DNA from: a virus
Strand: one strand, 5' to 3'
DNA: 64,000 bases
IMG/VR virus record: IMGVR_UViG_3300021964_000022
Coordinates: 32,001 to 96,000 of that record
The position numbers and the translations under genes are program-made. The notes below the pieces were generated by a model. The model made no database searches. It saw nothing but the letters and a program-made list of their open reading frames with translations, and was not told the origin of the DNA. Numbering within the stretch: position 1 is the first letter of the stretch; the number at the start of each line of letters is the position of its first letter. Positions 46,547-57,463 of this stretch are shown piece after piece.

Positions 46547-49500
46547 TTACTTTAAGAAGTATTGTAGTGCTACCGGATCGCCGGATATGCCTCCTGTAAA
46601 GTTCATTTGAGCATTTACGTTTATCGGTACATCAGTTGATGTACTAATTGTATCACCAGTAATATTTACCACACCAGCAGTAATGGCGTTCACGTTAAGT
46701 GAACTAGATCCACCACCAATCTGTGAGTTAATATAAGCAATTATTGCTCTCTGTGTAGGTACAACATTATCTGAGTCTGCACTCATTGTACCATCTGTAG
46801 AAAATTCATTAATTACTGCGCCGCCAGCTCCTAAGCCAACTGCACCTAGTGATAATTCTTGCAGTCCTGCTAGTGAGAATGCGTTAACATTCAAGCTCGC
46901 TTGTCCTGTAGCCTGTTCAACGTTGAACAATCTACCTACTCTAAAGTTACCATCTTGGTCGGTACTTGTGTAGAATACTCTTCCGCCTCCATACTCTTTA
47001 ACTTCGTCAGTTGCGTCTGGCGCTTGTAAAGGTGTATTAGGATAATTTGTATCTGCAAGTCCACCTGTACCAATATCTAGGAAATCGTGTCCTGTCAAAC
47101 GTACCTGTGAATATCTAATTCTTACTTCAATAGTTGAATCATGTGTAGGAGCAGTTTCAATTCCTAAATCAGGGCTAACTTGAAGATTTGCTGTTTGGTT
47201 ACCAACACTACCTAAAAGTTCTCTTACTGCAACAATTTTAAAGAATCTGCTATCTCCGTTAATTGTTAAGTTAGATCCTTCTTGCGGTGTTGCTGTTAAT
47301 CCTTTAACATTTACATATTGTCCTGTTTGGAATAAATCTGCAAAACCATCACCTGTTGTAATTTCAGCACTTGCTGTTTCATAATCAACACCTCTGTTAC
47401 TAAATGTTGGTTGTGTTAAAACACCGTCGCCAAATCTTACTGTATGCGGAACATCTAATGTTGAACTTGGATCTGTTACAGTCATTGTAGGAGCACTTGT
47501 ATATCCACTTCCTGGATTAACAATTCTAAATTCAGTAATTCTTCCATCACTAACTTTAGCTCTTACTAATGCACCTGTACCGCCGCCACCAGTAAATGAA
47601 ACTCTTGGTTCAACAATGTATGCTGTTGTAGCATCAAGTGTTGTTTCAATTGCGTTACTAAAATGGAAAGTATCCCAACCTGCTGTTCCATCTGATTCTT
47701 TTGCTACAGTTGCAACTTTTGTATTTGCATTATAAGTTACAATTCTTGCATACTGTCCAACGCCTTTACCTGCTGTTACAACAACTCTCATTCCAACATA
47801 GTCGCCAGCCGCGGCTGATTCTGTGTTTGAAAGAGTAATTTGTGTAGTAGTTCCAGCCTGTGCTGTGTTTGTACTTGTGTTAAATCCACGTCCACCAAAT
47901 GAATCTGCGTTGCCATTTGCATCGTATGTAGATCCATCATCTGGGTTACGTAGTCTAATTTCATTAATACCACCAGTAACTACGTTTGCCGCACTTACTG
48001 CCGCTCCAAAACCTGCACCACTAAATCCATATGTTGCCGCAGTGTAGTCTTGTCCTGCATGACTATATTCTACATGAATAATAGCTTCTCCGTCAGTTAA
48101 AACATTTGTAATTTGTGCTTCTAATTTTTGGTTATCGATATTTCCTTCGATAGCTACTTCTGTCTCATCAACACCTTCAGCTACTGCACCTTGATCACCG
48201 TATGAACAGTTACCATTAGTACCACGTATCTTACCGCCGTTTTCTGAAAGGTATCCAATATGTCCGTAGTATGAGAACACTGAAACAAGTTCTGCTCTAC
48301 CTAAGTTTGTTACCCATGCACCAATACCATCACTTAGTACTTGTGTAAAGTCGTTAGCAACAATAGAGTCGTTACCGCCATCATGTAGTGATCCGTCAAC
48401 TTTAATACCTACACATGCTGTACCAAAGTTTGTTACACCTTGTACATATGGAGATCTTTTGTTGATCCATACTGCTGTATCTGCTGGTCCCCAGCCCGGA
48501 TCAAGTGATGCATAAGCACCTGCACTTGGACGTTTAGTTCCATATGCGTTGGCTGATCCTAATGTACCTGTCAAACCACTTAGTGTTGCATTACGTACAC
48601 CAGTACCGTCTCTTAGCAAGAACATGTTTTCTAATGCTGAACCGCTAACGCTATTGTGGTAGAATATTCCAGACATTAATGTTTTATAGTTACCTGTGTA
48701 TACTAGATCGTATATAAATGCACTAATATATTCTCTTACATCTCTTTCACAAGCTACTGAGTCAAAATTGTATGCTGGATAGTTAACTTCGATATACTTT
48801 GTTACGTCTCTAGCAATAAAATCTTTATTAAGTTCTAGCAATCTTACTGCCGCCATTACATCTTGATCATCAACTCTTGTATTAGTTCCGCCAAATGCTG
48901 GAGCACTTGAGTCACTTGAAACACCATTAACTTTATAGTCAATATAATCATAAAGTTGTTGTGCAAGATTTGTTAAAGTTGTTGCTGTACCTGCATTTGA
49001 ATGGGGCTTAGTTACATTTTGCGTAAGTGTATTTCCAGTTTGTGCTGTAACTGATGACCCTTGAATAATGTCATCAATAATACTTTGCATATGTAATATA
49101 CCTGCTAAACTGTAAGTAGTGTCACTACTGTCTGTAAGTGAACCTGCTGGCTTAATTCTTGTACTACGTAATTCGTCACCTAGTATAACAGTTAATGCTG
49201 GTACTCTGATTGGAAGTACTTCTTTAAATTCACCTGTCATTACACGTACTGTTTTGTGTATTTCTTGTAGTGCAGGAATAGTATAACCTCCACCTAGTGT
49301 AATTGCATTTTTTGCGTATGTGTTGTAAGTATCAAGTAACGCATAAATTCCTGTTTCAGCTGGTTTTGTTGAATCGGTAATTTGTATTGACTGATCACCT
49401 ACTGGAACACTACGTTCGTCTTGATAATTAGTTGCCGGTGCAGTACTATTAATTACATTTTCTATTAGTGTGTACATGTAATTAAGTGCCGCAACGTTTT

Positions 49501-51349
49501 GTGCTTCGCCACCTACGTTAAACCAATCGCCGTCTGTTTGATTTGCAAATGTTGTTGCAACTCTACGCATATTTGTGTTTCCACCATGCCTTAAGTCTAA
49601 GGCCATTGCATCTACTACAAATCCAATTAGTCTTTCAAACTCTGCTTGGCTAAAGTTAAATCCAATAAAGAACGGAGTAATCTGGTTAACAATTTGTTCT
49701 AAACACCAGTTACCTAATTCTTTTTGTATAAAGCTTCTGTTTATTTCTAAAAGATATGCAGAGTTTGGATTTTTTGGTCCGTTTAATATTTGTTCACATG
49801 CATATCTAACTGTTTTAAATGGTCTGTCAAGTGTTACACCGTATGTAGGTGCTTTACTATCTACACCATTACTTGCAACATAATAAATATCTTCTTGCTT
49901 ACCAAAATCTACCCATTGCGGAATACCTGCACTGCTAACTGAAAGAACTTGACCTTCATCACCAATTGGTAATCTTGCTGGTCCTGATCCACTAAAGTAA
50001 AGTAAATCGCCGTCAGTTGTTAATGCACTTTCTTCAGCACCTGATGCTAGGTTATTCCAATATGTACCTGCTGAATCAACTGATGGTTTATTTCCTGCCG
50101 CTGATGTGTGTGCAAGGATACAAATGTAACTTATTAATCCTTCACGTACTGCATCACCTGCATCGTAGAAAGTAGCATCTGTCCAAGTATTTTTCCATTC
50201 AATACCTTGGTTTAATCTTTCCCAATAAGACGCATTTGGCGGACGGAATCCGCTGTGGTTAGATGTAGCAAGATAAGTATATCCACCTAGTCTAACAACA
50301 TCACCAACTCTGTATTCTTGGTTAGTTGAGTCATCGCCCCAAAGGCCTCTATTTCTAAATCCTGTTGTTAATAATTCCCAAGTTGAATCAATACCTGGTT
50401 GAATATTAAAGTTGTTGCTTGCCGCAACATACATATATCCACCAAAAGTAACAAAGTCACCTGGTTGATAATTTGTATTATAATCCCATGTATCTTCAAA
50501 TTCTAAACCTGGAACAAAAACTGCCCAATTATCTTCGTCAGCTTTTAATGTACCTGTTCCTGAATCATCAGCCGCTACAACTGAAGTATGATAAGTTGTA
50601 CAAATCCAAAGTGTTGCACCGTATTTTACAACGTCATTAATTTTATATCTTGTATTATTTCCCCAAGCGCCTTTGTATTCAAAGCCTTGGTTCATATAAT
50701 CCCATTTAGATTGATCTGCTTCTAAGCCAATTGCATTAGTTGCACCTGAAGTATGACCTTGGTTACAAACATATACAGTTCCGCCATATTTTACAATGTC
50801 TTGACTTTTATATCTTGTGCTAGGAGCCCATGGGCCTTTCCAGTCAACACCTTCTGAGAACAAATCCCAACTTACAATATTAGCTTCAAGTCCTAATGCA
50901 TCAGTAGCCGCGGCAGTGTGACCAGTGTTACAAAAGTAAATGTTTCCGCCATATTTGACCAAGTCGTTTGCTTTGTATGTTTGTCCAGCTAACCATGCGG
51001 AGCGCCATTCGATAGATGTAGCAAACAAATCCCATTTTTCTTGATCGTCTTCTAGAATTGAACCAGCAGTATGTCCTGTGTTACAGATATACAAAATACC
51101 ACCATATGCAACAATATCGTTTTGTTTATAAAAAGTTGCTGTGGTCCAATCGTTTTTCCATTCTTGACCATCACTAAATTTATTCCAGTTACTTTCGTCT
51201 GTGTAAAAATTTGATGTAGATGTGTGTCCCGTAATACAAACGTATGTACGACCACCATATCTGATTATGTCATCTTTTAGGTATGAAGTAGAACCTGTCC
51301 AGTCCCCTTTCCATATAAACCTAATTCTTCCTAATTTAAATTCTGCCAT
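46547..51349 (-). CDS. Large tail/fibre structural protein with N-terminal CBM5/12-like repeats, 1600 aa
   Basis: About 8 repeats of W....Y..ND.V.YGG..Y.C...HT; beta-helix-like region (ANDFTQVLSDGIG); GHDFLDIGTG and STDQDGNFRVG. GATAAATA at 51377-51384. Confidence 0.8.
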   Translation of the reverse strand: MAEFKLGRIRFIWKGDWTGSTSYLKDDIIRYGGRTYVCITGHTSTSNFYTDESNWNKFSDGQEWKNDWTTATFYKQNDIVAYGGILYICNTGHTAGSILEDDQEKWDLFATSIEWRSAWLAGQTYKANDLVKYGGNIYFCNTGHTAAATDALGLEANIVSWDLFSEGVDWKGPWAPSTRYKSQDIVKYGGTVYVCNQGHTSGATNAIGLEADQSKWDYMNQGFEYKGAWGNNTRYKINDVVKYGATLWICTTYHTSVVAADDSGTGTLKADEDNWAVFVPGLEFEDTWDYNTNYQPGDFVTFGGYMYVAASNNFNIQPGIDSTWELLTTGFRNRGLWGDDSTNQEYRVGDVVRLGGYTYLATSNHSGFRPPNASYWERLNQGIEWKNTWTDATFYDAGDAVREGLISYICILAHTSAAGNKPSVDSAGTYWNNLASGAEESALTTDGDLLYFSGSGPARLPIGDEGQVLSVSSAGIPQWVDFGKQEDIYYVASNGVDSKAPTYGVTLDRPFKTVRYACEQILNGPKNPNSAYLLEINRSFIQKELGNWCLEQIVNQITPFFIGFNFSQAEFERLIGFVVDAMALDLRHGGNTNMRRVATTFANQTDGDWFNVGGEAQNVAALNYMYTLIENVINSTAPATNYQDERSVPVGDQSIQITDSTKPAETGIYALLDTYNTYAKNAITLGGGYTIPALQEIHKTVRVMTGEFKEVLPIRVPALTVILGDELRSTRIKPAGSLTDSSDTTYSLAGILHMQSIIDDIIQGSSVTAQTGNTLTQNVTKPHSNAGTATTLTNLAQQLYDYIDYKVNGVSSDSSAPAFGGTNTRVDDQDVMAAVRLLELNKDFIARDVTKYIEVNYPAYNFDSVACERDVREYISAFIYDLVYTGNYKTLMSGIFYHNSVSGSALENMFLLRDGTGVRNATLSGLTGTLGSANAYGTKRPSAGAYASLDPGWGPADTAVWINKRSPYVQGVTNFGTACVGIKVDGSLHDGGNDSIVANDFTQVLSDGIGAWVTNLGRAELVSVFSYYGHIGYLSENGGKIRGTNGNCSYGDQGAVAEGVDETEVAIEGNIDNQKLEAQITNVLTDGEAIIHVEYSHAGQDYTAATYGFSGAGFGAAVSAANVVTGGINEIRLRNPDDGSTYDANGNADSFGGRGFNTSTNTAQAGTTTQITLSNTESAAAGDYVGMRVVVTAGKGVGQYARIVTYNANTKVATVAKESDGTAGWDTFHFSNAIETTLDATTAYIVEPRVSFTGGGGTGALVRAKVSDGRITEFRIVNPGSGYTSAPTMTVTDPSSTLDVPHTVRFGDGVLTQPTFSNRGVDYETASAEITTGDGFADLFQTGQYVNVKGLTATPQEGSNLTINGDSRFFKIVAVRELLGSVGNQTANLQVSPDLGIETAPTHDSTIEVRIRYSQVRLTGHDFLDIGTGGLADTNYPNTPLQAPDATDEVKEYGGGRVFYTSTDQDGNFRVGRLFNVEQATGQASLNVNAFSLAGLQELSLGAVGLGAGGAVINEFSTDGTMSADSDNVVPTQRAIIAYINSQIGGGSSSLNVNAITAGVVNITGDTISTSTDVPINVNAQMNFTGGISGDPVALQYFLK

Positions 51350-51385
51350 TTTATGCTCCGTTTCCCTAGCTTATACTATTTATCC

Positions 51386-54300
51386 TTACCCGTTAAACTC
51401 ATTGCGATCATCCATTCCGTGAATGAAGAAACCGTGTGCCGCCATATCACCATCTGGTGATCCGCTTGTTAAGTTCATCTGGTTGGTTACGTTTATTATA
51501 CCTTCAGTAGTTGATATCTCTTGTCCTTGCACTACTACAACACCTGCTGTAATTGCGTTAGTAAACAATGTTGCACCACCGCCTGTAATTCTATTTTCTA
51601 AGTATGCTTTGATTGCTCTTTGCGTTGGTATTACACTATCGCTATTAGCAGTCATTGTATTATCTGTTGAAAATTCTTTAATTGTTGCTTGAGTACCACC
51701 AACTTGGATACCACCCAATCTCAATTCATCTAATCCACCTAAGTCAAAGAAATCTGCATTAAGTGTTACACCACCTGTTGACTGTGAAACTCTAAATAGT
51801 TCGCCTACTCTAAAGTTACCATCTTGGTCAGTACTTGTGTAGAATACTCTTCCGCCATTATTTTCAACAATTTCATTTGCTTGTCTTGTTTCATTTGCGG
51901 CAGATCTACCAAACTTATATAATGTTGGATAGTTTGTATCTGTAAAGTTACCAGTACCAATATCTAGGAAATCATGTCCTGTAAGTCTACAGCTACTATA
52001 TCTTTCTCTAAATGTAATTGCTTCTTCATGATCCGGAGATGTAGCTACTGCTAATATCGGACTAATTTGAAGTTGAGCACTAAAGTTTGGTGCAGTTCCT
52101 GAACTACTTAATACTTTAACAATTTTATAAAGTGTATCAGGTTGTCCTGCAAAGTTAATGTTTGATCCTGCTTTTGGTACTTTTGTTGCACCTTTAATTT
52201 GAAGTTTATTACCTTTTTGGTATTCATCTGCAAAACCAGTTCCAGTCAATGTAGCAATCATTGTTAAGTAATCTGATCCTCTATTATACATTTCCGGTTG
52301 TGCAAGTACTTTGTCATTTAAGTTTACTACAAGAGTTGGTTCTGTATACTCTTCAGGATCAAATACAACAACACTAGGTTGTGTAGTGTATCCACTACCT
52401 GGATCCATAATAACAAACTCACTAATATTATTGTTTGCAATATTAACTCTTAAATGTGCAGTTTTACCACCTTGTATTCTTTCACCAGTAGCACTTGTAC
52501 CTTTTGTTAAGAATGTTGGTCTGTCTAAATATATTCCACCTGCAACAGATGTTTGGTTAGCATTAGGACTTCCAATTACTGTCCAATGTTTACCTTCATT
52601 ACTGTATGCATTTGTACCTTGAGCACTTGCTACTACAAATACACCACCTGCATATGCTATGGTCCAATCTTCTCTAACGCTGTCGCCTTTGATATCGGAA
52701 TCTTGCCAATTAACAGCATCATCACTATAAAACATTCTATCACTGTTGTCCATTGTTAGTGTCCAAGTATTATTACCATATGCAACATCACTGTACACTT
52801 CTGGTGAACTAGGTGCTGGTAAAGTTCCAGCCGTCCAGCTTGATCCGTCATTTGTTGAATATTCATAATATCCATCTGAACTAAACACAAACCAAATTCC
52901 TTGTCCAAACTCAACGCCTGTCCATGCTCTGCTTGCATTTAATGTTAGTGCTGTCCAACTTGTAGGAGCAACTGTACTATCTCCGCCTGTTCCAATCGTA
53001 CCAATATATGCTGTGTCTGATCCGGTAGCTACAACCATAATTTTATCATCATTAGAACCACCTTGTGCAATACCAGTCCAGTTAAGTGTATCAGGTAAAG
53101 TAGAAGTGTCCCATGATGTTCCATCATTTGAATAATGGAAGTTTGCTGAGCCGCCTGCCGCAAACATCATTAAGTCGCCGCGTTTTCCTCTAGCGTCCCA
53201 TGTATCACTTTCGCTAACGTTAGTTGTTGTCCATGTATCGCCACCGTCTGCTGTAACATAAACATCGTTAGTTCCACTTAATGGATAATAAAACTTTCCT
53301 GCGCCAAACCCAGAAAGTCCAAGTCCTGCTTGAACAACTGTTCCTGTTTGTGTCCATGGAGGACTACTTACTGTAACACGAGGTTCAATTTCGTAGAATG
53401 TACTATCATCTAGTACAAATTGTATTGGTCTACCCGGAATAAGTTGATCCCATCCTGCTGTTCCAGTACTATACCTATAAATTGTTGCAGTATTAGTATC
53501 TTCATCGTATGCTTGTATATAACCGTATTGACCTGCTCCTGCACCGTTTGTAATATAAACTGCCATTCCTGTTAACTGTGCCGAAGTTCTTGCTTCAGCG
53601 TTTGCAATTAATAATGTACTATCTGTGCCGCCTCTAGCATAGTTGCTAATAAACTTATATCCAGCTCCACCTATTTGAGATGAATCACTTGGTACTGTTA
53701 AACGAATATTGCTAATAGCATTATTTCTAAACTCAGTCCAACGTGCATCAATGCCTGTTCCTGGACCAGTATAACTTGCTGTTACAGTTGTATAATCTTG
53801 ACCTGCATGTTCATATGCATAATGAAGTATTTCATTACCATCAGTCATTATTCTATCAATTCTTGCTTCGCCACTTTGGTTATTTACTTGTGCTGAAATT
53901 GGAACTTCGTTTGCATCGAATCCTTCAGCAACACTACCAAATGTTCCGTAAGAGTTGTTACCGTTTGTTGCACGTAATATACCACCATTCTCTGCTAGAT
54001 ATCCAATATGGTTATAATATGTAAACACACTAACAAGTTCTGATTTACCTAAATTAGTTGCCCAATATCCGATACCGTCACTTAATACTTGTGTAAAGTC
54101 GTTAGCAACCATAGATTTATTACCACCGTTGTGTAATGCTCCATCAATTTTCATTCCTACACAAGCAGTACCTATTGTTGTAACACCTTGCACATAAGTT
54201 GATTTATTTCTAACCCAAACACTTTGATCTTCTGGACCAGTGCCCGGATCTAATGAAACATAAGCACCTGCTGTAGTTCTTTTTGTGCCATAATCATTAG

Positions 54301-56737
54301 CATCTGTTAACACTCCAGTTAATCCTTTAAGTGTTAGTCTTCTTAGACCACACCCGTTTCTAGCTAGGAAGAAATTAGATTGTGCGTTACTAGATGGAAC
54401 AATTAATTGTTCTTGAGGTTGTGCTATTCCATGTACATAAGTTTTTTCACCTAGTATAATATCTTGTCCAGTAATTGCTGGACGTATTGTAGTTGAACGT
54501 AATTCGTCTCCAACAATAGCTACATCTTCTGGAATACTAATTGGAAGTATTTCTGCATACTCGCCTGTCATTACACGTATAGTTGCTCCGCCTCTTGCTG
54601 GTGGTGCAACCAGTGTAGGTAGACTACCTAAACCGTTTGTAATTGTATCTGTAATACCTGTAAATAATGTTGTAATTCTAGTAGATACACCTGTTTCCGC
54701 TTCTACGCCTGCTGGAATATTTTGTGTGTATACTAGTCCTAATGCTGTGTGTGCATTTCCTGGAAGAATGAAATTATTAATTAAATCTCTTGCATATTCC
54801 AAAGCCGCTACAGTTTGAGCTTCTTGTCCATCAACTAAACTTACTGCACCATTATAATATGTTTTAGCATGTTCTCTTGAAAATAAGTTTCCACTGTATG
54901 TTAAATCTTGTATCATACCAGCAATAATTATTGCTGTATCTCTTTCGCATTTTGCACTGTCGTATGTAAATCCAGACCATATACCTGCACCGCCTGCAAT
55001 TTGTGCATCGACCCAAGCAACAGTTTCTTGTGCAACATAGTTTTGATTAAGTTGCATTCTGTATGTTGCATTATCGTAATATCTTGTTCTTAGTCCTGAA
55101 CGTGTTGCTTCGTCTGCAAGAATATAGTTACATGCGTATCTAACTGTTCTGAATGGTGCATTTAATGTTCCGCCTACAGTTGGATCATCAACACCGTTTT
55201 CACCGACGTAATAAACTTTGTCAGCAAAATCAATTGTGTCCCATGAAGGTAATCCACTAGTAGATCTTATAATTTGACCTGATTTACCAATTGCTAGTCT
55301 CAGTGTGTCAACTGCTGTTGAATCTTGATCATCAAATGTTTTTAAGTCACCCTTTACAGCTAGTTTATTTGTAAGGGTACCTTGAATCATAATTTTCCAA
55401 TATGTTTCATCTGGTACATCTTGGTCTAAGTCTGGTCTACTAGCAGACGCATCTGATCTGTGGTAGGCTAATGCAACATAACTTGTACCTCTCCAAGTTA
55501 CAATGTCGCCTTCGTAATACTCTACGTTGTCTTCCCATGAATCTCTAAAATCACGTCCGTCGATTAATTTTTCCCAAGTTACAGAAGAACTATCAGGTCT
55601 TACGTTTAAATTATCAACTAATGCAATATAAATATTTCCAGCCCATCTTACAACATCACCTGTTAGGTATTGTACAAAGCTACTGTCTTCACCTTGCATG
55701 TTCCAAGTTTGTCTAAATTTATAACCAGTAAATGTTACATCCCAGTCATCAGTACTTGTGCTAGGTGCGGAAGATACATTATAAGTTTTTGCTTTGTAAG
55801 TATAACCACCATATTGTACAACATCGCCTGGTTGATATCTTTCAGCTGGTTGCCAATTTCCTTCGTATTCTGTTCCTGGTAAGTATATTTCCCAGTTTGC
55901 TGTATCTTCAGCAAAAGTTGTAGATGTGTGTGCAGTAATACATTTGTTTAGATTTGGTCCGCGTCTTACAATGTCATTAACTTTATATTTTGTATTGCCT
56001 TCGTGTAAACTTTTGTATTCGATACCATCTATTAAAATTTCCCATTTGGATTGATCTTGCTCTAATCCAAGAGTAATATTATCAGCAGATGTATGTCCTA
56101 AGATACAACGGTAAGTAATACCACCATATTTTACAAGATCACCTACTCTATATCTTGAACCAATGCTCCATGTGCCTTTCCAAGCATCACTGTCTGCAAT
56201 TACAGCCCAATCACTTTGGTTTGCTTCTAAGCCTGATGCAACAGTACTGGCAGAAATATGTTGATTCAATGCTTTATAAACAATACCGCTATATCTTACA
56301 ATATCATTTCTTTTGTAAAGTGTATTAACGCTCCAAGTTGTTTTCCAGTCTGCATCAGAAACAGCAACAATAATCCATTTATTTTGGTCTGCAACTAATC
56401 CGTCTGTGTCTGAACTAAATGTAGGTGAACTTGTATGTCCTTCGATACATTTGTAAATACCTGAACCATATTTTACAATATTACCTGCAGAATAGTTAGT
56501 TGAAACTGTCCAGTTTCCTCTCCATTCAGAACCGTCTGATTGTAGTTGCCATTTTGGACTTGCTGGTGAAACATCTGAACCTTCTAAGTCATTTTCGAAA
56601 GTTGCTGATGTATGTACTCTTAATGAGACAAACGTTTTACCGTCAACTTCGATCATATCATCTATGTTATAGTCATAGCCTGAAATCCAAGGACCTCTCC
56701 ACGTAAATCTAATTCTACTTAATTTAAAATCTGCCAT
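51386..56737 (-). CDS. Large tail/fibre structural protein, paralog of 46547-51349, with extra BNR/Asp-box-like repeats, 1783 aa
   Basis: Same architecture plus T.DGG.TW, S.DG.SW and STNDG.SW repeats. ATAAATA at 56763-56769. Confidence 0.8.
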   Translation of the reverse strand: MADFKLSRIRFTWRGPWISGYDYNIDDMIEVDGKTFVSLRVHTSATFENDLEGSDVSPASPKWQLQSDGSEWRGNWTVSTNYSAGNIVKYGSGIYKCIEGHTSSPTFSSDTDGLVADQNKWIIVAVSDADWKTTWSVNTLYKRNDIVRYSGIVYKALNQHISASTVASGLEANQSDWAVIADSDAWKGTWSIGSRYRVGDLVKYGGITYRCILGHTSADNITLGLEQDQSKWEILIDGIEYKSLHEGNTKYKVNDIVRRGPNLNKCITAHTSTTFAEDTANWEIYLPGTEYEGNWQPAERYQPGDVVQYGGYTYKAKTYNVSSAPSTSTDDWDVTFTGYKFRQTWNMQGEDSSFVQYLTGDVVRWAGNIYIALVDNLNVRPDSSSVTWEKLIDGRDFRDSWEDNVEYYEGDIVTWRGTSYVALAYHRSDASASRPDLDQDVPDETYWKIMIQGTLTNKLAVKGDLKTFDDQDSTAVDTLRLAIGKSGQIIRSTSGLPSWDTIDFADKVYYVGENGVDDPTVGGTLNAPFRTVRYACNYILADEATRSGLRTRYYDNATYRMQLNQNYVAQETVAWVDAQIAGGAGIWSGFTYDSAKCERDTAIIIAGMIQDLTYSGNLFSREHAKTYYNGAVSLVDGQEAQTVAALEYARDLINNFILPGNAHTALGLVYTQNIPAGVEAETGVSTRITTLFTGITDTITNGLGSLPTLVAPPARGGATIRVMTGEYAEILPISIPEDVAIVGDELRSTTIRPAITGQDIILGEKTYVHGIAQPQEQLIVPSSNAQSNFFLARNGCGLRRLTLKGLTGVLTDANDYGTKRTTAGAYVSLDPGTGPEDQSVWVRNKSTYVQGVTTIGTACVGMKIDGALHNGGNKSMVANDFTQVLSDGIGYWATNLGKSELVSVFTYYNHIGYLAENGGILRATNGNNSYGTFGSVAEGFDANEVPISAQVNNQSGEARIDRIMTDGNEILHYAYEHAGQDYTTVTASYTGPGTGIDARWTEFRNNAISNIRLTVPSDSSQIGGAGYKFISNYARGGTDSTLLIANAEARTSAQLTGMAVYITNGAGAGQYGYIQAYDEDTNTATIYRYSTGTAGWDQLIPGRPIQFVLDDSTFYEIEPRVTVSSPPWTQTGTVVQAGLGLSGFGAGKFYYPLSGTNDVYVTADGGDTWTTTNVSESDTWDARGKRGDLMMFAAGGSANFHYSNDGTSWDTSTLPDTLNWTGIAQGGSNDDKIMVVATGSDTAYIGTIGTGGDSTVAPTSWTALTLNASRAWTGVEFGQGIWFVFSSDGYYEYSTNDGSSWTAGTLPAPSSPEVYSDVAYGNNTWTLTMDNSDRMFYSDDAVNWQDSDIKGDSVREDWTIAYAGGVFVVASAQGTNAYSNEGKHWTVIGSPNANQTSVAGGIYLDRPTFLTKGTSATGERIQGGKTAHLRVNIANNNISEFVIMDPGSGYTTQPSVVVFDPEEYTEPTLVVNLNDKVLAQPEMYNRGSDYLTMIATLTGTGFADEYQKGNKLQIKGATKVPKAGSNINFAGQPDTLYKIVKVLSSSGTAPNFSAQLQISPILAVATSPDHEEAITFRERYSSCRLTGHDFLDIGTGNFTDTNYPTLYKFGRSAANETRQANEIVENNGGRVFYTSTDQDGNFRVGELFRVSQSTGGVTLNADFFDLGGLDELRLGGIQVGGTQATIKEFSTDNTMTANSDSVIPTQRAIKAYLENRITGGGATLFTNAITAGVVVVQGQEISTTEGIINVTNQMNLTSGSPDGDMAAHGFFIHGMDDRNEFNG

Positions 56738-56768
56738 TTTTTTCTAACCTTTATAATATATGTATTTA

Positions 56769-57125
56769 TTAGACACCACTCGGATATGTGTAATCTTCAT
56801 TAACTCTAGCAACTAATTGCCCACTATCGTCAATATAATACAATAAACTCCTGTTATCCCATTTATACTGTTCATAATTAAGGTTCTTATAAACCTTTTG
56901 ATGTTTTACATCTCTACCTTCGAAAAAGTCTTCGCCTTGTTCGAAATCTTCTAAGTTATCAGCTGGATCACCTGGAGTGTTAATTTCAACTGCTTCTCCG
57001 GATTTTAATTGATCTATTTTTACTAGATAAATTTCACCTTGATCTGTTCTTCTTAAACCATAAAAATATCTTGCGTCTGTTTGACTTACAAGTTCACTTA
57101 CACTTTGACCTAAAAAATTACTCAT
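56769..57125 (-). CDS. Hypothetical virion-associated protein
   Basis: 118 aa within the structural unit; YFYGLRRT..G and YYIDD.G.LV.RVN..Y.YP. Confidence 0.7.
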   Translation of the reverse strand: MSNFLGQSVSELVSQTDARYFYGLRRTDQGEIYLVKIDQLKSGEAVEINTPGDPADNLEDFEQGEDFFEGRDVKHQKVYKNLNYEQYKWDNRSLLYYIDDSGQLVARVNEDYTYPSGV

Positions 57126-57454
57126 TATACTATCTCCACCAAACTAGTTATTACGTCTAACGAATCTGTAATATTAGATTCAACAAACAAAGTGTCACCA
57201 GCTTGCATTATTATTTTTTCACCTTTACCGATTGGCTTTAATGTACTATTTGCAGGTATAGGCATCTCTTTAACTAGATATCCAACACTACTTCCGCTAT
57301 CACCAATTAATATACTTGCGGAAACAATACTGTCTGTAATATTAGCAACACTTAAACCGATAACAGTTGTGTTGTTAGCGGGAGGAGTTGTATATACAGC
57401 AACTCGTACAGTTCCTACTTCTTTTGTAATTACATTTTTAAAATTTGTTGCCAT
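57125..57454 (-). CDS. Small virion protein
   Basis: MAT.FKN....VG.....VYT.P....TTVIG...AN...K...IP..S.L......K.....GD. Confidence 0.7.
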   Translation of the reverse strand: MATNFKNVITKEVGTVRVAVYTTPPANNTTVIGLSVANITDSIVSASILIGDSGSSVGYLVKEMPIPANSTLKPIGKGEKIIMQAGDTLFVESNITDSLDVITSLVEIV

Positions 57455-57463
57455 TCTTCTTTC

